Positions 35,149-48,719 are shown, counted from the first letter of the whole stretch. The stretch is 63,270 nt of DNA, filler included, from Collodictyon triciliatum (GCA_043381765.1; 5 parts of 5 records of this genome joined end to end with filler, not necessarily neighbours in it), one strand, 5' to 3'. Program-made: numbers and translations. Notes: generated from the sequence alone by a model not told the origin.

Positions 35149-38100
35149 CTATTCCCCAAGGCTGACCCGCTGTCGTTTGCACGAGGGCGCCATACGCGCA
35201 TCCCACAAAGCAACCAGACCGGGCGCGCTGTCCTTGATGCCCTCTGTCTCCTGGATGTGCTGGCGCAGAATGTTGCTGGCCTTGCTCATCTGCATCGGCG
35301 GGGGCGACGCTTGGTTGAGCAGAAGGTCAAAGACAAACTCCCACAAGTCCGGCTGCTTCGGCCGTCTGAATGAAACACCAGGGTGGCGTGTTGCGTTAGC
35401 TTCATCTTTGGCGAAAGAACTGTAGGTGATTCCTCATATCCTCAGTATGCCTACCGTGATTCCACAGGGGCCGGCCTCAAACCACTTCTGGTTCGCTCCA
35501 CACAAAGAGCAGTTCCGTACAGCATCTCATGAACCACGCCGGCAGCCTGGAACAAATCAACCTGCCCAAATCATAGTTCAATACCCATGGGCGAGGAAGG
35601 TGAGGGCACGGTAATATTAAATACCGAGCAGTACACGTTTCTTTCTGGTGTTTGTTCGTCTCAGTGGGTGGGGATATGGGATGGGAGCATTGAAAGTAAA
35701 GCTCTCTTGATAGTGACCATAGCAATAACAAACAGAAACAAATCAAAAAAAAATGCACGAAAACACAAGAACAGATTCTGAAGGCAGGAACGGAATATAA
35801 ACAGAACCATGCAGGTGTATCCCAACAGCACAGTTACCTGGTGACCGTACTTCATTCCTGGGGAAATATCCAACCACTGTTCGCTCAGGAGGTTGTTGGG
35901 CCACTCCGATGAATGTGCGGAAAAAACGGCATCCATATCAATGGCTCGGTCGAAATTCACAAGTTGGAGACCCTGAACAGAAGTGAAAATATTAGAGAAT
36001 CACAGTAAGGGAATAACCAACACACAGTTGCCCATCACTTGCATCATACAGTAATGATGGTCTTTTTTTTTCTTCTCTTTCTTTTTTGGAAGGAAAGTTA
36101 CGGATTTTCCTTTGAAAAGATAATGCAATCGAGACAGCTGAAAAGAGTGACCTGTCGTGGAACTGTAATTCAAGGGAGAGGAGGAAACGGCAGATTCAAT
36201 TACCTTCATATCAAGAGCTCGGTTGGTCACGGGGAACCTGGGCTTCGGACTAGAGGGAACACCATTTATTATTTTTCAGATGATATCGGGGCGAGGGGAT
36301 TTTTTTTTTTTGATAGACAGTATCTCACCGCAGTTCTGATGATATCGATTCAGTACGATGATGGATTGTGATCAATAGGTTTGCTGCTGAAATGTTTCCA
36401 TGCACAATGCGAGCCTGTATGAGAGAGCCCAAAAGATCCATAATTTGGGCAGTATACAATACCACAACCTCCTCTGGAATCTCTTGATTTCTTGTCTTGG
36501 ATATTTCCAATAGGTTCTAGCATGGTGATAAAGCCAGACGTAGTAGAGTAAGATATGGAAGAGATAATGGATGCTTCAAACATTCTTTTGGATAATTTTG
36601 AAATAAAGTTTGGCTGACATTGGTTAGCAAAAAATTAAATAAAAATTCTTTGTCTGGACAAATATAAAAATTTTACTTGAAGTGATTGTGCATTGTTATG
36701 TTGTGTAACTGCCAAGTATATGTTGTCCTTCTTATGAATCGTAATGGGTGTTGGAAAGAACCGTCTCTGGTTTTGTTGTATTACAATCGTTGAGAAGCTA
36801 AAGATATCTGGTCTTTGAGTGATAAAGCTGATATACAGACATGTTTTAAAACGAACCTTTCCAGTTGATATGCGATCGCGAAACAGTTTACACACATAAA
36901 ATTCTGACAAAACTGCAGCATCTCCGACCTGTGAATGATTGGATTGGTTATTACAGATATCTCTTTTGGGTGTTTCTGCTATTTTTCTGGTCGAGATGCA
37001 TTTTTTTTATTTTTGATCCATTTGATGATGGCTTAAATTTGGACAATGGGTTAATTACTTTGATTTTAGTGATGAAATTCGGATTGATATCTTCTTGAAG
37101 CTCAGCAGTGTCATACTCTATTTGACTCTTTGATAAAACACGTTTCTCGACCACAAAGTACGACACTTCATCTAAATAAAAAAAATTTAAAAATTCTTAT
37201 TAGCTCAATCGACACAATCTAACTGCACTTTGTAGCCTATCATTAGATCACTAGCTGCTTCGAAGAGAAGGAGCGTCCAACACGAAGAAAAAATATTGGT
37301 TAAGTACTACCTATGGTTATTTCATGACATGGCTCCCACTCGATTTGGGGGTGGGTATTGTGGGTATTTGAGGCCAATGGTCCCGGCGTCAGGTGTTTCT
37401 CAACCTGCAAACTGTTGAGGATTCTTTCTATGATTTCATCGGGAATTCCTGAAGCAGTCATTTGCAGTACGGGTGGGACTGAGAGAGTAGAGCGAAGCGG
37501 GACGGTGTTGGTTGGAGCTTTCAGAGGAACAGCTGGGCGTTTTTCGGATTCCAATTGTAAGTTGCCTTTGGCTGGCTGCGGTGCAGAGTCCTTGGGCGAA
37601 GTCTGTTGCAGATTCTCATGGTCTTCCATTACAGAGAATTTGCTGCTCTGTGGAGGGCATATCAAAGAAACTGGCTTCAAATGTGACGTATTGAATACAC
37701 TCTCTGTTGTGTTGGCCTCAGAATCTTGGGTCATTACGGAATCGTTTATGGCGCCATTGAACCCAATCATTACATTGTCGATGGCAAAGCGCGTGTGTGC
37801 GGTGGGTGAATCCTCCACACCAGAAACAATGGACTGGTTGAAACTGCCATGTAGTGGGTGATACGATATGATTGGCTTCTCGACAAAAGCAGGCTTCTTT
37901 GATATTGTAGACAAATTGCGAGAAGAGTCGTTCAGATGGTTGCTCGCTAGAGGGCCAGGTCGTGAAGAGTCTTTGGACGTGCCTTTCGCACTGCTACGAT
38001 TGCAAGAAGGTCCTTCGTCCTGTTCAACGGCATCTGACTCAGTTTTGCAGGACTCTGTTGTTTTGCATTTACGTGTGGGTATAGCGTCGGGTAGCCCGGG

Positions 38101-39068
38101 CCCGGTGATGAAGCCATACAGGGCTGCCCGAATCTCTTCCGCAGAATTTTCGACCACAGCGGTTGTGTTTACTGGATGGAATAATCAGGATGTTTTTATG
38201 AATTACCCAAAAGATACATNNNNNNNNNNNNNNNNNNNNNNNNNNNNNNNNNNNNNNNNNNNNNNNNNNNNNNNNNNNNNNNNNNNNNNNNNNNNNNNNN
38301 NNNNNNNNNNNNNNNNNNNNNNNNNNNNNNNNNNNNNNNNNNNNNNNNNNNNNNNNNNNNNNNNNNNNNNNNNNNNNNNNNNNNNNNNNNNNNNNNNNNN
38401 NNNNNNNNNNNNNNNNNNNNNNNNNNNNNNNNNNNNNNNNNNNNNNNNNNNNNNNNNNNNNNNNNNNNNNNNNNNNNNNNNNNNNNNNNNNNNNNNNNNN
38501 NNNNNNNNNNNNNNNNNNNNNNNNNNNNNNNNNNNNNNNNNNNNNNNNNNNNNNNNNNNNNNNNNNNNNNNNNNNNNNNNNNNNNNNNNNNNNNNNNNNN
38601 NNNNNNNNNNNNNNNNNNNNNNNNNNNNNNNNNNNNNNNNNNNNNNNNNNNNNNNNNNNNNNNNNNNNNNNNNNNNNNNNNNNNNNNNNNNNNNNNNNNN
38701 NNNNNNNNNNNNNNNNNNNNNNNNNNNNNNNNNNNNNNNNNNNNNNNNNNNNNNNNNNNNNNNNNNNNNNNNNNNNNNNNNNNNNNNNNNNNNNNNNNNN
38801 NNNNNNNNNNNNNNNNNNNNNNNNNNNNNNNNNNNNNNNNNNNNNNNNNNNNNNNNNNNNNNNNNNNNNNNNNNNNNNNNNNNNNNNNNNNNNNNNNNNN
38901 NNNNNNNNNNNNNNNNNNNNNNNNNNNNNNNNNNNNNNNNNNNNNNNNNNNNNNNNNNNNNNNNNNNNNNNNNNNNNNNNNNNNNNNNNNNNNNNNNNNN
39001 NNNNNNNNNNNNNNNNNNNNNNNNNNNNNNNNNNNNNNNNNNNNNNNNNNNNNNNNNNTGTATGTATG

Positions 39069-39099
<31 letters not shown>

Positions 39100-39377
39100 G
39101 GCAGCAAACAAGGGCGCACCGCACCTTTGATGGACTGTAGTGGTGGCCTGGTTTGACGTACTGAGTTGGAAACAGAGCTATGTTGTTTCCCGGCAGGAGG
39201 TAAGGTGGGTTTTGCGGCTGTGGTAGGCACGGCAGTCTTTGAGACTGAAGCTTTGGGAACTACAGAAACGGTGCCAAAACGTTCAGAATTATAGGTTTCA
39301 TACAGAGGGAGAAGTTGAGCTTTGCCTGGGTTTTCGGAGTCCTTTCCAGGCGCATTTTCGGAGTTTTCGAGCCCCAT
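35149..39377 (-). CDS. BUB1: BUB1/BUBR1 (MadBub) family protein with degenerate kinase domain
   Basis: GLEBS-like ENSAEEIRA, CD1-like DSPTAHTRFAIDNVMIGF, ABBA-like FSVMED; kinase exons KIKV..SEFYVC, IVHGNISAANLL, LQLVNFDRAIDM, QVDLFQAAGVVHEMLYG and DLWEFVFDLLLN. An 839-N gap lies in intron 1. Confidence 0.85.
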
Positions 39378-39851
39378 ATCGACCTTTCTTGCAGCCCTGG
39401 AAGACGAAGCTTGTATTCTCGAAGTATGGCGCCTAGACACGCTGATATTGTTACCGGAGCAAACAAAGTCACTACGCTCTTCGCACAAGTCAGCGCGGCC
39501 GGCCCTCAAAAGTTAGTGGCGTTGTGAGATCAGTGGCTTCTTGCGGTATTGGGCGCATTGCAAGAGATTTATCCAGATTTTAAAATTTTGAATTCAGGAA
39601 ACACCGTCTGAATCTATCAACATTATTATAACACCACATCATAGATAAATTCATGTAATTTGATGTTATAATTACCTTTAATACTTATAATTATATTCAA
39701 AACGTAATATTCCAAATTGGTCAAGCTAAAATGGTATGGTTTATAGATTTATTAGTTTAAAAAAACAAAACAAAAAAAACAAAAACAAAAACAAAAAACA
39801 ATCGAATTTAATGTAGCGAAGAAAAAGACAGGGAGCAGCCACCAGCGCATA

Positions 39852-42800
39852 ATGTTACACGAGGTTCTCCTTGCACTACTTGGCCAAAGCGGGGACTTAA
39901 TTGTCTGGCGTGGGGATCGGCTATTGGTTTCCTCCTCGTTGGCCTTTGTGTCTGAGTCAGAGCGGGCTATGATTGAGTCTCTTTTGCCAATCGGTGCGCG
40001 CTTTCGTTATTTACAGGTTTGCAAGATCACACTTTACCGCACACACTGAATAAGGCCGTCTATAGATTCTTATCCCAACACTCATTTCATTTTTTGCGCT
40101 ATATTCCTCTTTACTCAGTTATGCGCATGGTTGAACTGACAGAAACATCCCACAGAATTTTGTAGATGTGCACATGTGCTCTCTGCAGCTGCCTGTCGCC
40201 GGATCCATCGTGGGAGGAATGAAACCTGGGCTTTACTTGAAAGCGTTTGCTCGTGGAATCCATGAAGGTACGTGTATATTTTTCATCGTGGGTGGCAGCC
40301 TCCTTCGCCAGGGCAACTCCTTGGATGTTGGTCATTGTGTAGGAATTGAGCCCAAATGCCTGCTTTGTCTCCTACTTATGACTTGTGCACTCCTGTTTAG
40401 TGCTGATGAGATTCCGAGAAGCCTTGGCTGCATCTGAGAAAGATATTTTTAGAAATGAAGGCTTTACGCTAACGAGACTACACATTTTCCTTCAAGAGGT
40501 AACGCTCCCCGTTTATATGTGGCAGGACATGTAAACAACTCCATATACTGGTATCTTTCATTCGAGCAAATTCACATACGAATGCATCTTTTGGTACTTC
40601 TGCTTCTTTCAAATCATAATTACTGAACTATGAAATATATAGTATGAAATTGTATTTCCATATCTGGTGAGATCTGTGGAGGCGATTCGAGAGAAGCAAT
40701 ATCACGGAGCACAGATCTTGAATATTGCATACCAATTTACCTTGTCAGGAGCCCCTGTTGTAAGACACACTTTTCAAAGGTCAGCTTATCTCTCTTTTTT
40801 TTTTTCCTATGGGTTCAAATATTCCTGAAAATAATGACAACTCGCTCTTTTTTCTTCTTTTTTTTTTCTTCTTCTTTTTTTTCGTACAGGTGTCGATGGC
40901 ACATTTGTCCGTATGTGATTTAGGTGTTCTATTTTAGATAACTGTATCTTAAAAGTAAATATATTAACCATAGAATTTTGCAAGTATGCACCTCTGTACT
41001 TTACAAGCAAATGTCGGCGTGGATGTTATATGGCTACCTTATTGATGATTATAAAGAGTTTTTTGTGGAGCCAGTGCATATTGAAGGCAAAAGCCACCAA
41101 CAAGTAATGCACACATGAAATTAATTATCACTGCAGATATAAATATGAATCCCAAGGTACATGTTTAATCACAACGGATTGCATAGGATTTTGTAGTATA
41201 TGGTGGATATCAGACACAGAAAATGGGACATTCTCATCAAAATCTCTGGTAGGAAACATATCATTGTCAACAACAAGAGAACGAGTGTATAAAAGTTGTA
41301 TCTATTTTATTTTATTTTATTTTTTATTTTATTTTATTTTATTTTATTTTATTTTATTTTATTTTATTCCTCCATCCATTCTATTTGTTGAGCGTTCCTA
41401 TCAAATAGGTCCTCTAGCTCAGTCAAAGGCGACTTCATCCCTTCGTTTATTTCAATGTCTATTGCCGAGAAAATACATTTCGTAGGAAAGGCCGTGAATG
41501 TCGTCAAAAAATTGGATGAGGCTGTACGAAATGGTAGTGGTGTCATTCATCAGCGTTTGCATGCATGGACATTACTTATCTTTGTATATTTTTTTGTTGG
41601 AAATGTAGAATACCTAAGTTCTGAAATGATAAAAACTTTCTGTGATGAGATCTTTTTACTGCAACAATCACCCATATTTGATTCTCGTCAATTTGAGGTA
41701 AAATATATTTGCCTTTTTTTCAAATGTTTTGTAAAATCGACTTATATGATGAAATCAAGATAAGTAATAGACAAGAATTATAAGCATTGATAATTTGAAA
41801 AACAAAAAATTACCTTTCAAATAACCTCTCATTCAATCTAAAAGGCAACGATAGATACAATTCGAAGCGCTGTCGCCAAGATTTTAAGAGAAATCGTGGT
41901 TGAGAAATTTGGAATCATAGACCATTTTAAGGTGGGGCATAGCTTTGAACAAGTTTTTTTTTTTACATTATTTTAAAAGAACCAACCTTCATACAAGAGA
42001 CTACTGTGTGTGTGTTTTTTTTTTTTTTAAAAAAAAATTATATTAAATATAATACACTACCGCTCTTAGATGTTGTGTGATTATTTTTGTCTTGGAGACG
42101 GATTGTTCTATCAATCATTTATAGATGAAACAAAGCTGTTATTTTCTTTGCCGCCTACAAGCCAAGCCGAACAGGGTATATCAAATATTATAATAAACTT
42201 ACCCATAAAAATAAATAAGTTTCGAACAAATATAGGTTTTTTTGCTTTGATTCATATATACTATCTCCCATTCGTGATAGAGTTGGCAACTGTGTTCAGA
42301 AACACCGTCACAAAAGTTAACATGGAAGGCTCGGACAATATTTTGAAGGCTTGTTTACAATTCAAATGTGTCTATTTTTCAACATATAAATGCATTAAAA
42401 AATTCTGGTTGTTTCAACAATTCATGATAATTCAATTTTATTATATTTTGTAGATTTTTTCATGCTCCATTATTACACAAGGCCAGACTACTGGTAATTT
42501 ATTTATTCGCTCATATACCACAATATAAGCAGGTGCCCTCTGAGATTCACATAATCTATGACCAGCATGAATGTATATGTGTGTATCTTGTGTGTTTTTA
42601 ACCAATCTAAATTGAATATAAAGGTAAACCTGTGACAATATTTGACATCTGGAAGAACATCTCCTTGGTGTGCAAAGCTGTATTTCCATTAAATCTTATC
42701 CTTGGTGAAAATAGTCTTCAGAGGTCACACACCAGCATTCTTTTTCATGAATTTTCGGCTATGTAACGCATTATGTGCTATTTCTCTTGGTACTATAACA

Positions 42801-44155
42801 ACATGCGAAACGAAACAGGTACTCTTTGGTATTTCGTCACTTATTTATGGTCAGACGGGTACAACATGAACTGAAGCAGGCTTGGATACCCCAAGTGAAG
42901 CAAAAGTTTATCGAAAGTGTGGTATCTGTCGAGTGGAAAGCTATTGTAGGTTTTATAATATGAATGTAACAGAAATAAGAGAATGACGTGGAAAATCCTT
43001 TCATCTTAAAATTAGCTCTATATTGGTGTATTTTATAGTGGCGTCTACGAAATCACATGTCATTTTTTATAGACGGACTTCAGTTCTATCTCCAGGTTTT
43101 TTTTTGAAATAATTTCTTGTTTAAATATGTGGTTATGTTTACAGCTATATTGATTGCACTATCGATTTTATGTAGGTGGATGTTGTCGATGCTCAATTTT
43201 CACAGTTTGTGAAGAAAGTACAGGAATGTCAAGACTTTGAGCTAATCAAACGCTTTCACGATGAATTTTTGAATACTGTGGTTTCGCAGTGTTTCGGTAA
43301 ATTCTTCCTCTATAACCCGCCTTAAAAAAAAACTAACATATTATATCGTTTTATTATTCGGTCTAGTTGAGAACAAAATTGCATCCACTCTGATGAATTT
43401 ATTTCAGGTTTATTTTGAAAAAAAATATATGATAACTTTATCCTAAATCGGTCTATACTTACGCAATCGGAAAGCATGCGCTGTGACGGCTCTGTATAGT
43501 GCAATTTCATTATTAACTGATGCTAAATCGTGCATGATTTGCTTATAATTACTAGCAATGCTTGAGTTTATGTGCGGTCATTTCGTCGGACAGTCCGACG
43601 CACCACAAGGAAAAAGTGAATGAAATCACTCAGGTGAAATACAGCTTTTGTAATTTATTTTTTCTAAGCATAAAATAAAATAAAAAAAAATCAATTTGTT
43701 GCTTAGTTTTGCGTGTCCTTGTTATCTATGTATTATTGTTGTTGTGACACTATGTCTTCTTTCCTCTCAGAGCGCTTTTTTTTTTGTGCAAATTACAGAA
43801 ATACAACCTCCAATTTGGGATTCTCTACACCGCATTAACACGTTCTTCTGCACTTGCTGCGTTGGCTCTCCGGTTTTTTTTCCTTTTGAATCTCTTTTTT
43901 TTTTTTCTTCTTTCTATTGTGTGGCTGTGCGATATGTAGATGCTCTGCTTTTTTTCTATATTGAACTACCATATGTCTTCTTATATATACTTCAAGGACA
44001 TTTTAATAACTACAATTCACTGTATCATTTCTTGCTTTCTATTCGAACACAGAATCGATTACAATGGATATTTCAGCAGGAACAGTTCATTATCAGCGCT
44101 TCACCCCACGCTTAATTCTTCAATACGCTCCTCCATATTTACCCCGATGGTATAA
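39852..44155 (+). CDS. TUBGCP4: Gamma-tubulin complex component 4
   Basis: MLHEVLLALLG, GLYLKAFARGI, YKQMSAWMLYGYLIDDYKEFFV, AEKIHFVGK, DYFCLGDGLFYQSFI, WRLRNHMSFFIDGLQFYLQVDVVDAQFSQ, RIDYNGYFS. Confidence 0.93.
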
Positions 44156-44363
44156 ACTGTCCTCGAAAATCCTTTGATTTTTTTTAACTCTAGGTTACAT
44201 TCGGTGTACTTTATCGCTGTTTATGTAATTACAATTTGCCGAAAACGAGAACCGTGCAAAATAAAATAAGAAAAGAATATTAATTATTGGGTAAGATTCC
44301 TCGGAGAACATCGGTTTTTTTTTCTAAAAAAAAAAAAGGGCTTTATAGATGGTATCGTCTGGT

Positions 44364-44999
44364 TCACCATTTGTCTAGCTTTTTTTTCGCCATGAGTTTC
44401 TATGAAATAAAGAACTTGAATTTCTGGGTTTATCACCAACAAATACCACAGAAAAGTTTGGTGATAACACAGAAAGAGCAGTATAAAGAAATGCTAGAGG
44501 ATGAAATAGTGGAGATAAGGACTTGCCTGCTGATGCGAGTTTACGCGAGGCGCTTTATAGCCAGATTTCTCTCGAGGGTCAAGCACAATATAGTCATCCT
44601 CCTGGCTCTGAAGCACGGGGTCCTACGAGAGTGGGTTGCGCACACCCAAACGCATTTGCGTGGTCACTTCTCAAATAACGTGCCAGAAGAACAAGAAATA
44701 CTTTGACGAAAAATACGAGGAATATAACAGTAGTATTAATAGCAATCATGACCGATTCGTAAAAGTCTCACCCGCACACGGGACTCTTTTTCGAAAACTA
44801 AGCGATGGTTCATCCACCCAGCATCAGAATCCCTCACTTTTTCAGACTCATCAGCTGTGTGTGGCTTGTCTGGCTGCTCATCCTCTCCGTGGTCAGTGGG
44901 CTCCAGCCCGTCGTCTGTGTTTCGTTCTTTCGGCGCTTCTTCGCCCTCGTGAGTGGTTGATGCCAGCTTGGTTTTGAATCCTTGCAATAGCCTCAGGGT
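44364..44999 (-). CDS. CWC27: Spliceosomal cyclophilin-like CWC27, 3' exons only
   Basis: TLRLLQGFKTKL..DAGWMNHRLVFEKESRVR|DPVLQSQEDDYIVLDPR..HQQ|KLMAKKKLDKW* resembles the recalled CWC27 C-terminus (GWMSHVLQFE..YDPR); truncated by the linker. Confidence 0.78.
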
Positions 45000-45037
45000 C
45001 TGGGAATTTGTTTTGTCTTTGTTTTTTGTCCTTTTGT

Positions 45038-45134
<97 letters not shown>

Positions 45135-45234
45135 NNNNNNNNNNNNNNNNNNNNNNNNNNNNNNNNNNNNNNNNNNNNTTAATTAATTAANNNNNNNNNN
45201 NNNNNNNNNNNNNNNNNNNNNNNNNNNNNNNNNN
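45135..45234. other. Artificial contig-joining linker
   Basis: N44-TTAATTAATTAA-N44. Confidence 0.95.
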
Positions 45235-45327
45235 GAAGGGGGGAGGGGGAGAAAGAAAAAAAAAAAAAAAAAAAAAAAGAAAAAAACATAAGATAGAGTA
45301 AGCGTATTGCGTTGTGCGATGCAACAG

Positions 45328-45509
45328 CTGAGCATATGTTTGATTTCGGCGGTGATGGTGCATCCGGTGGGCAGATGGCGGAGTGGAAGGCTTTGAATGA
45401 GAAGAGCCACCAGCGCATTCCTTGGCGGTTGCCAGGAAACACACAGACGGGAGATGAAAGTAATAGAGAAGGAGCAAGAGTTTGCATGAAAGTGAGAACC
45501 TCTTGCTAG
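45328..45509 (+). CDS. Possible terminal exon of a gene truncated by the linker
   Basis: CAG acceptor at 45325-45327, then an open frame (A)EHMFDFGGDG...RTSC*; converges on the ABCG gene; no recognisable family. Confidence 0.3.
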
Positions 45510-45676
45510 TTTTTTTTTTTTGGAGGGGGAGGGAATAAGGATAATAATGTGACCAAGAGGAAAATATTGACTTGGTCTGATTCTCTACTCGGTTCTCGTA
45601 TAATTTTCTTTGGAGGAAGAAAAAAAAAAAGAAGGCAACAACGAGAGTTTGTAAAGAAATGGATTGGTGGCGCGTC

Positions 45677-48476
45677 TTAGATGTTCTTGACACTAACGCG
45701 ATCTCGGAGGAACAGTGAGATGTAGAGAAGAGCGTTGAAGACGAAAAAGATAAGAATTAAGATCGACACAGACTCTCCATAGTCATATTCATCATAGCTG
45801 TAATCCGCCAATACATCCTGTTTGTGTTGAGAGAAGTTTGTAGTTGCCCAGATTATGTCATGGATGCAGGTAGAATAGATAGTTTTAAAGCGCGGAGCAT
45901 GTAAAAGAGCACTCACATTTCCTGTCTGATAGCCGCATCCTCTGGGGTCAGCATCCTCGAAGCGGTAACCCTAATCGTATGTGCCCGGTAAACAGAGTAT
46001 GAAAAGCCAAATAGAATAGAAGAAAGATAAAAAGAGAGTATTCCTTTGTGCTATTATTTGCCGCTGTTTCAGTGGTGGCCATGGACGGTCGGGAGGTGAG
46101 CTTACGTCGAATTCGTTATTGGCGAGTCCTTGCATTCCCCACCTCATGAAGGATATATCAGTTATCCATTTCACCGATTTTGGAATTTCCTGATGGTAAG
46201 AGAGGTGGGTAAGCAAATCACAAATCTCCTGTTGAAATTTAAATTTTCCAGTGATTTGCAAGTAGACCAGAAGATTCTTACACTGCGCTTGACAAGATAA
46301 CTGGCGAAGAGCATGAAAATGACCCCAAATAGAGGGGCCACAACAGCTCCAACAGATGGGTTGGGTACAATAGAGCCAACGAAAAGACTGAGGGACTATA
46401 AGAGGAAGTAAACGTTCAATAGAATTCATGTAGATTATTCAGTATGTGAGCTGAGATGGAATAAATACCTGAGCAGTGTTGAACAAGATGTAGACCATCA
46501 GAAGGAATTTGGCAAAATGGTCTCCGCCATCTCTCAGGTTTGTCATATAATAGTAAATAACTGAGAAGATAAGGGGGAGGACAAGAAGAGGAAGTCTGTC
46601 CGTAAGCATGCGAGAGAAGTAGTATGAATTCAGTGAGTAAGCATTTCCACGCCTCTCATGAATTACTAGATCGCGCTCCAAAGGAAACACTTGGACGAGT
46701 TGGAAAATGGAAGAGAAAACTATTGCTGCTACTGCATAGAAGAGGGCGCTCATTCGTGAGCGAATAGCAGAGGTTGACTCGGACAAGTCGAAAAAGACAA
46801 GACCTCCGAGTAAGCCCTATGCCAACAACGTTTCAATATGAGAATATGGCTTTATGCTTCTTTTTTTTTTTGCACAGACAAAATTGCTTACCAATTTTTT
46901 AAATTGTTATTATTGTTATTAAATATAGAGTGTGGCGCTGACCATAAATAGCGTAGAAATAACCCGAGCCTCAAATTCAATAGAGCTTCTCTTCAAGGTA
47001 ACTATGTTTCTCCACATGAGTAGCTTTGTCTGCTCAAATCCTGATAATCTATTGGTAAAAATGAGACGATGGGTAGGGATATTTTAACCCATTTGACATC
47101 AAAATATGCAGTTTAAACAATGAGGATTCAGTGCAGACTAGGATATGTGTATATATAAAAGAAGCAAATATGGTTTCTTGTAATTTCAACCGCCCTCGAA
47201 AAGGTAACCGAAAAAGCAAGAACCTGTCCAGCTCCTCCGATTGCTTGGCGACATCAAGTGGTGCGAATTGGCTGGGGGTGTTAATTTTAGCTTCCATTTC
47301 TCGGCCAAGGTCAGAGTCGATGTAATTCTGGTTAATTATTTTAATTCAATGAAAATGTAGATAAAAGTAAAAATAAAAATAAAAAGGGGCAAAATTGTAG
47401 GAGAATGGCTATGTACCCTAAAGTGTATATAAATGGATAATAGATGTAAAATAGGAAGAGTAAGAACTTGGCAGTATCCACGGATGTCTCCATTCTTCAG
47501 AGTTCCATTATATCCTATAATGTCGGCACCTGGAGTCGTGACATCGAGGATGTAGTCGGCTGGGTTCATCTTTGTTGGGCACTTGAAGCTGATGAATTAT
47601 TGTTTGAGATATTCGGATCTGAAGTCTATAAATATACCAGGAGAAAAGGAAAGGTTCAAAATACCCTATGGAGGCGAAATACTCCGTGCAACGAGAAACT
47701 GGGCCGAAATAGAAGGTGTTTCCCTCGTACAACAAGAATAGAGTGTCCATTTGGAAGAAGATATCAGGCCTGATTTTGGATTGTACAGAATCAATTGGTG
47801 TTTTAAAAACGAGCTTTCAATCAAAGAACTTCCGTTTGTGATTAGGACATTAATAAATCTGAAAGGATTGGATGTACCTTGGTTGGTGAATGGAAGCGAT
47901 GATAGTGCGGCCTTCACGAGCTAGTTTTTTGAGAATGCTGATAACATTGTAGGAAGAGTTACTGTCCAAACCAGTGGTGGGCTCATCCAAAAAGATAAGT
48001 CCGGGTCTAGTTACAAGCTCAATACCGATGCTAACTCTTCTCTTCTCTCCGCCAGATACACCTCGGAAAAAGTATCCTCCAATAAGAGTCTCGCGGGCCT
48101 AAGAGAAAATAAGACAGAAAAAGCATTATACCAAGGAATAGCTTAGATTATATTGGCGTAGTATTAGAGGTGGTCTTAATCTGAAGCACAGCATACTTTG
48201 GAGAGGCCCAGTTCGTCGATGATCTCGTCTGCGATCTGCTCTTTCTCGATTTGGCTTATAGACTATAACAATAAAGATTGTATTAGCCAGACAGGCAAAA
48301 GTACACAGCCTGGGAGGGGTGGAAGATATTGTGACCATGGAATAAGGATCTAATGAAGATATTTGAAGATTTCCCGTTTTCTTTTCCCTTCTTTTGTTTT
48401 GTTTGAAAATGTACTGAAAAATGTAAATAAACGAAATAGATTAAAAAGTGTGCGTGCATGTGCGTGCGTGCGTGCG

Positions 48477-48522
<46 letters not shown>

Positions 48523-48622
48523 NNNNNNNNNNNNNNNNNNNNNNNNNNNNNNNNNNNNNNNNNNNNNNNNNNNNNNNNNNNNNNNNNNNNNNNNNNNNNN
48601 NNNNNNNNNNNNNNNNNNNNNN

Positions 48623-48719
<97 letters not shown>

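Noticed and set aside
37358-39130. Plus-strand ORFs of 167 and 420 aa
   Set aside because: Antisense to the large BUB1 exon and extended by N runs
44287-44977. Plus-strand ORFs of 139 and 113 aa
   Set aside because: Antisense shadows of the CWC27 3' exons
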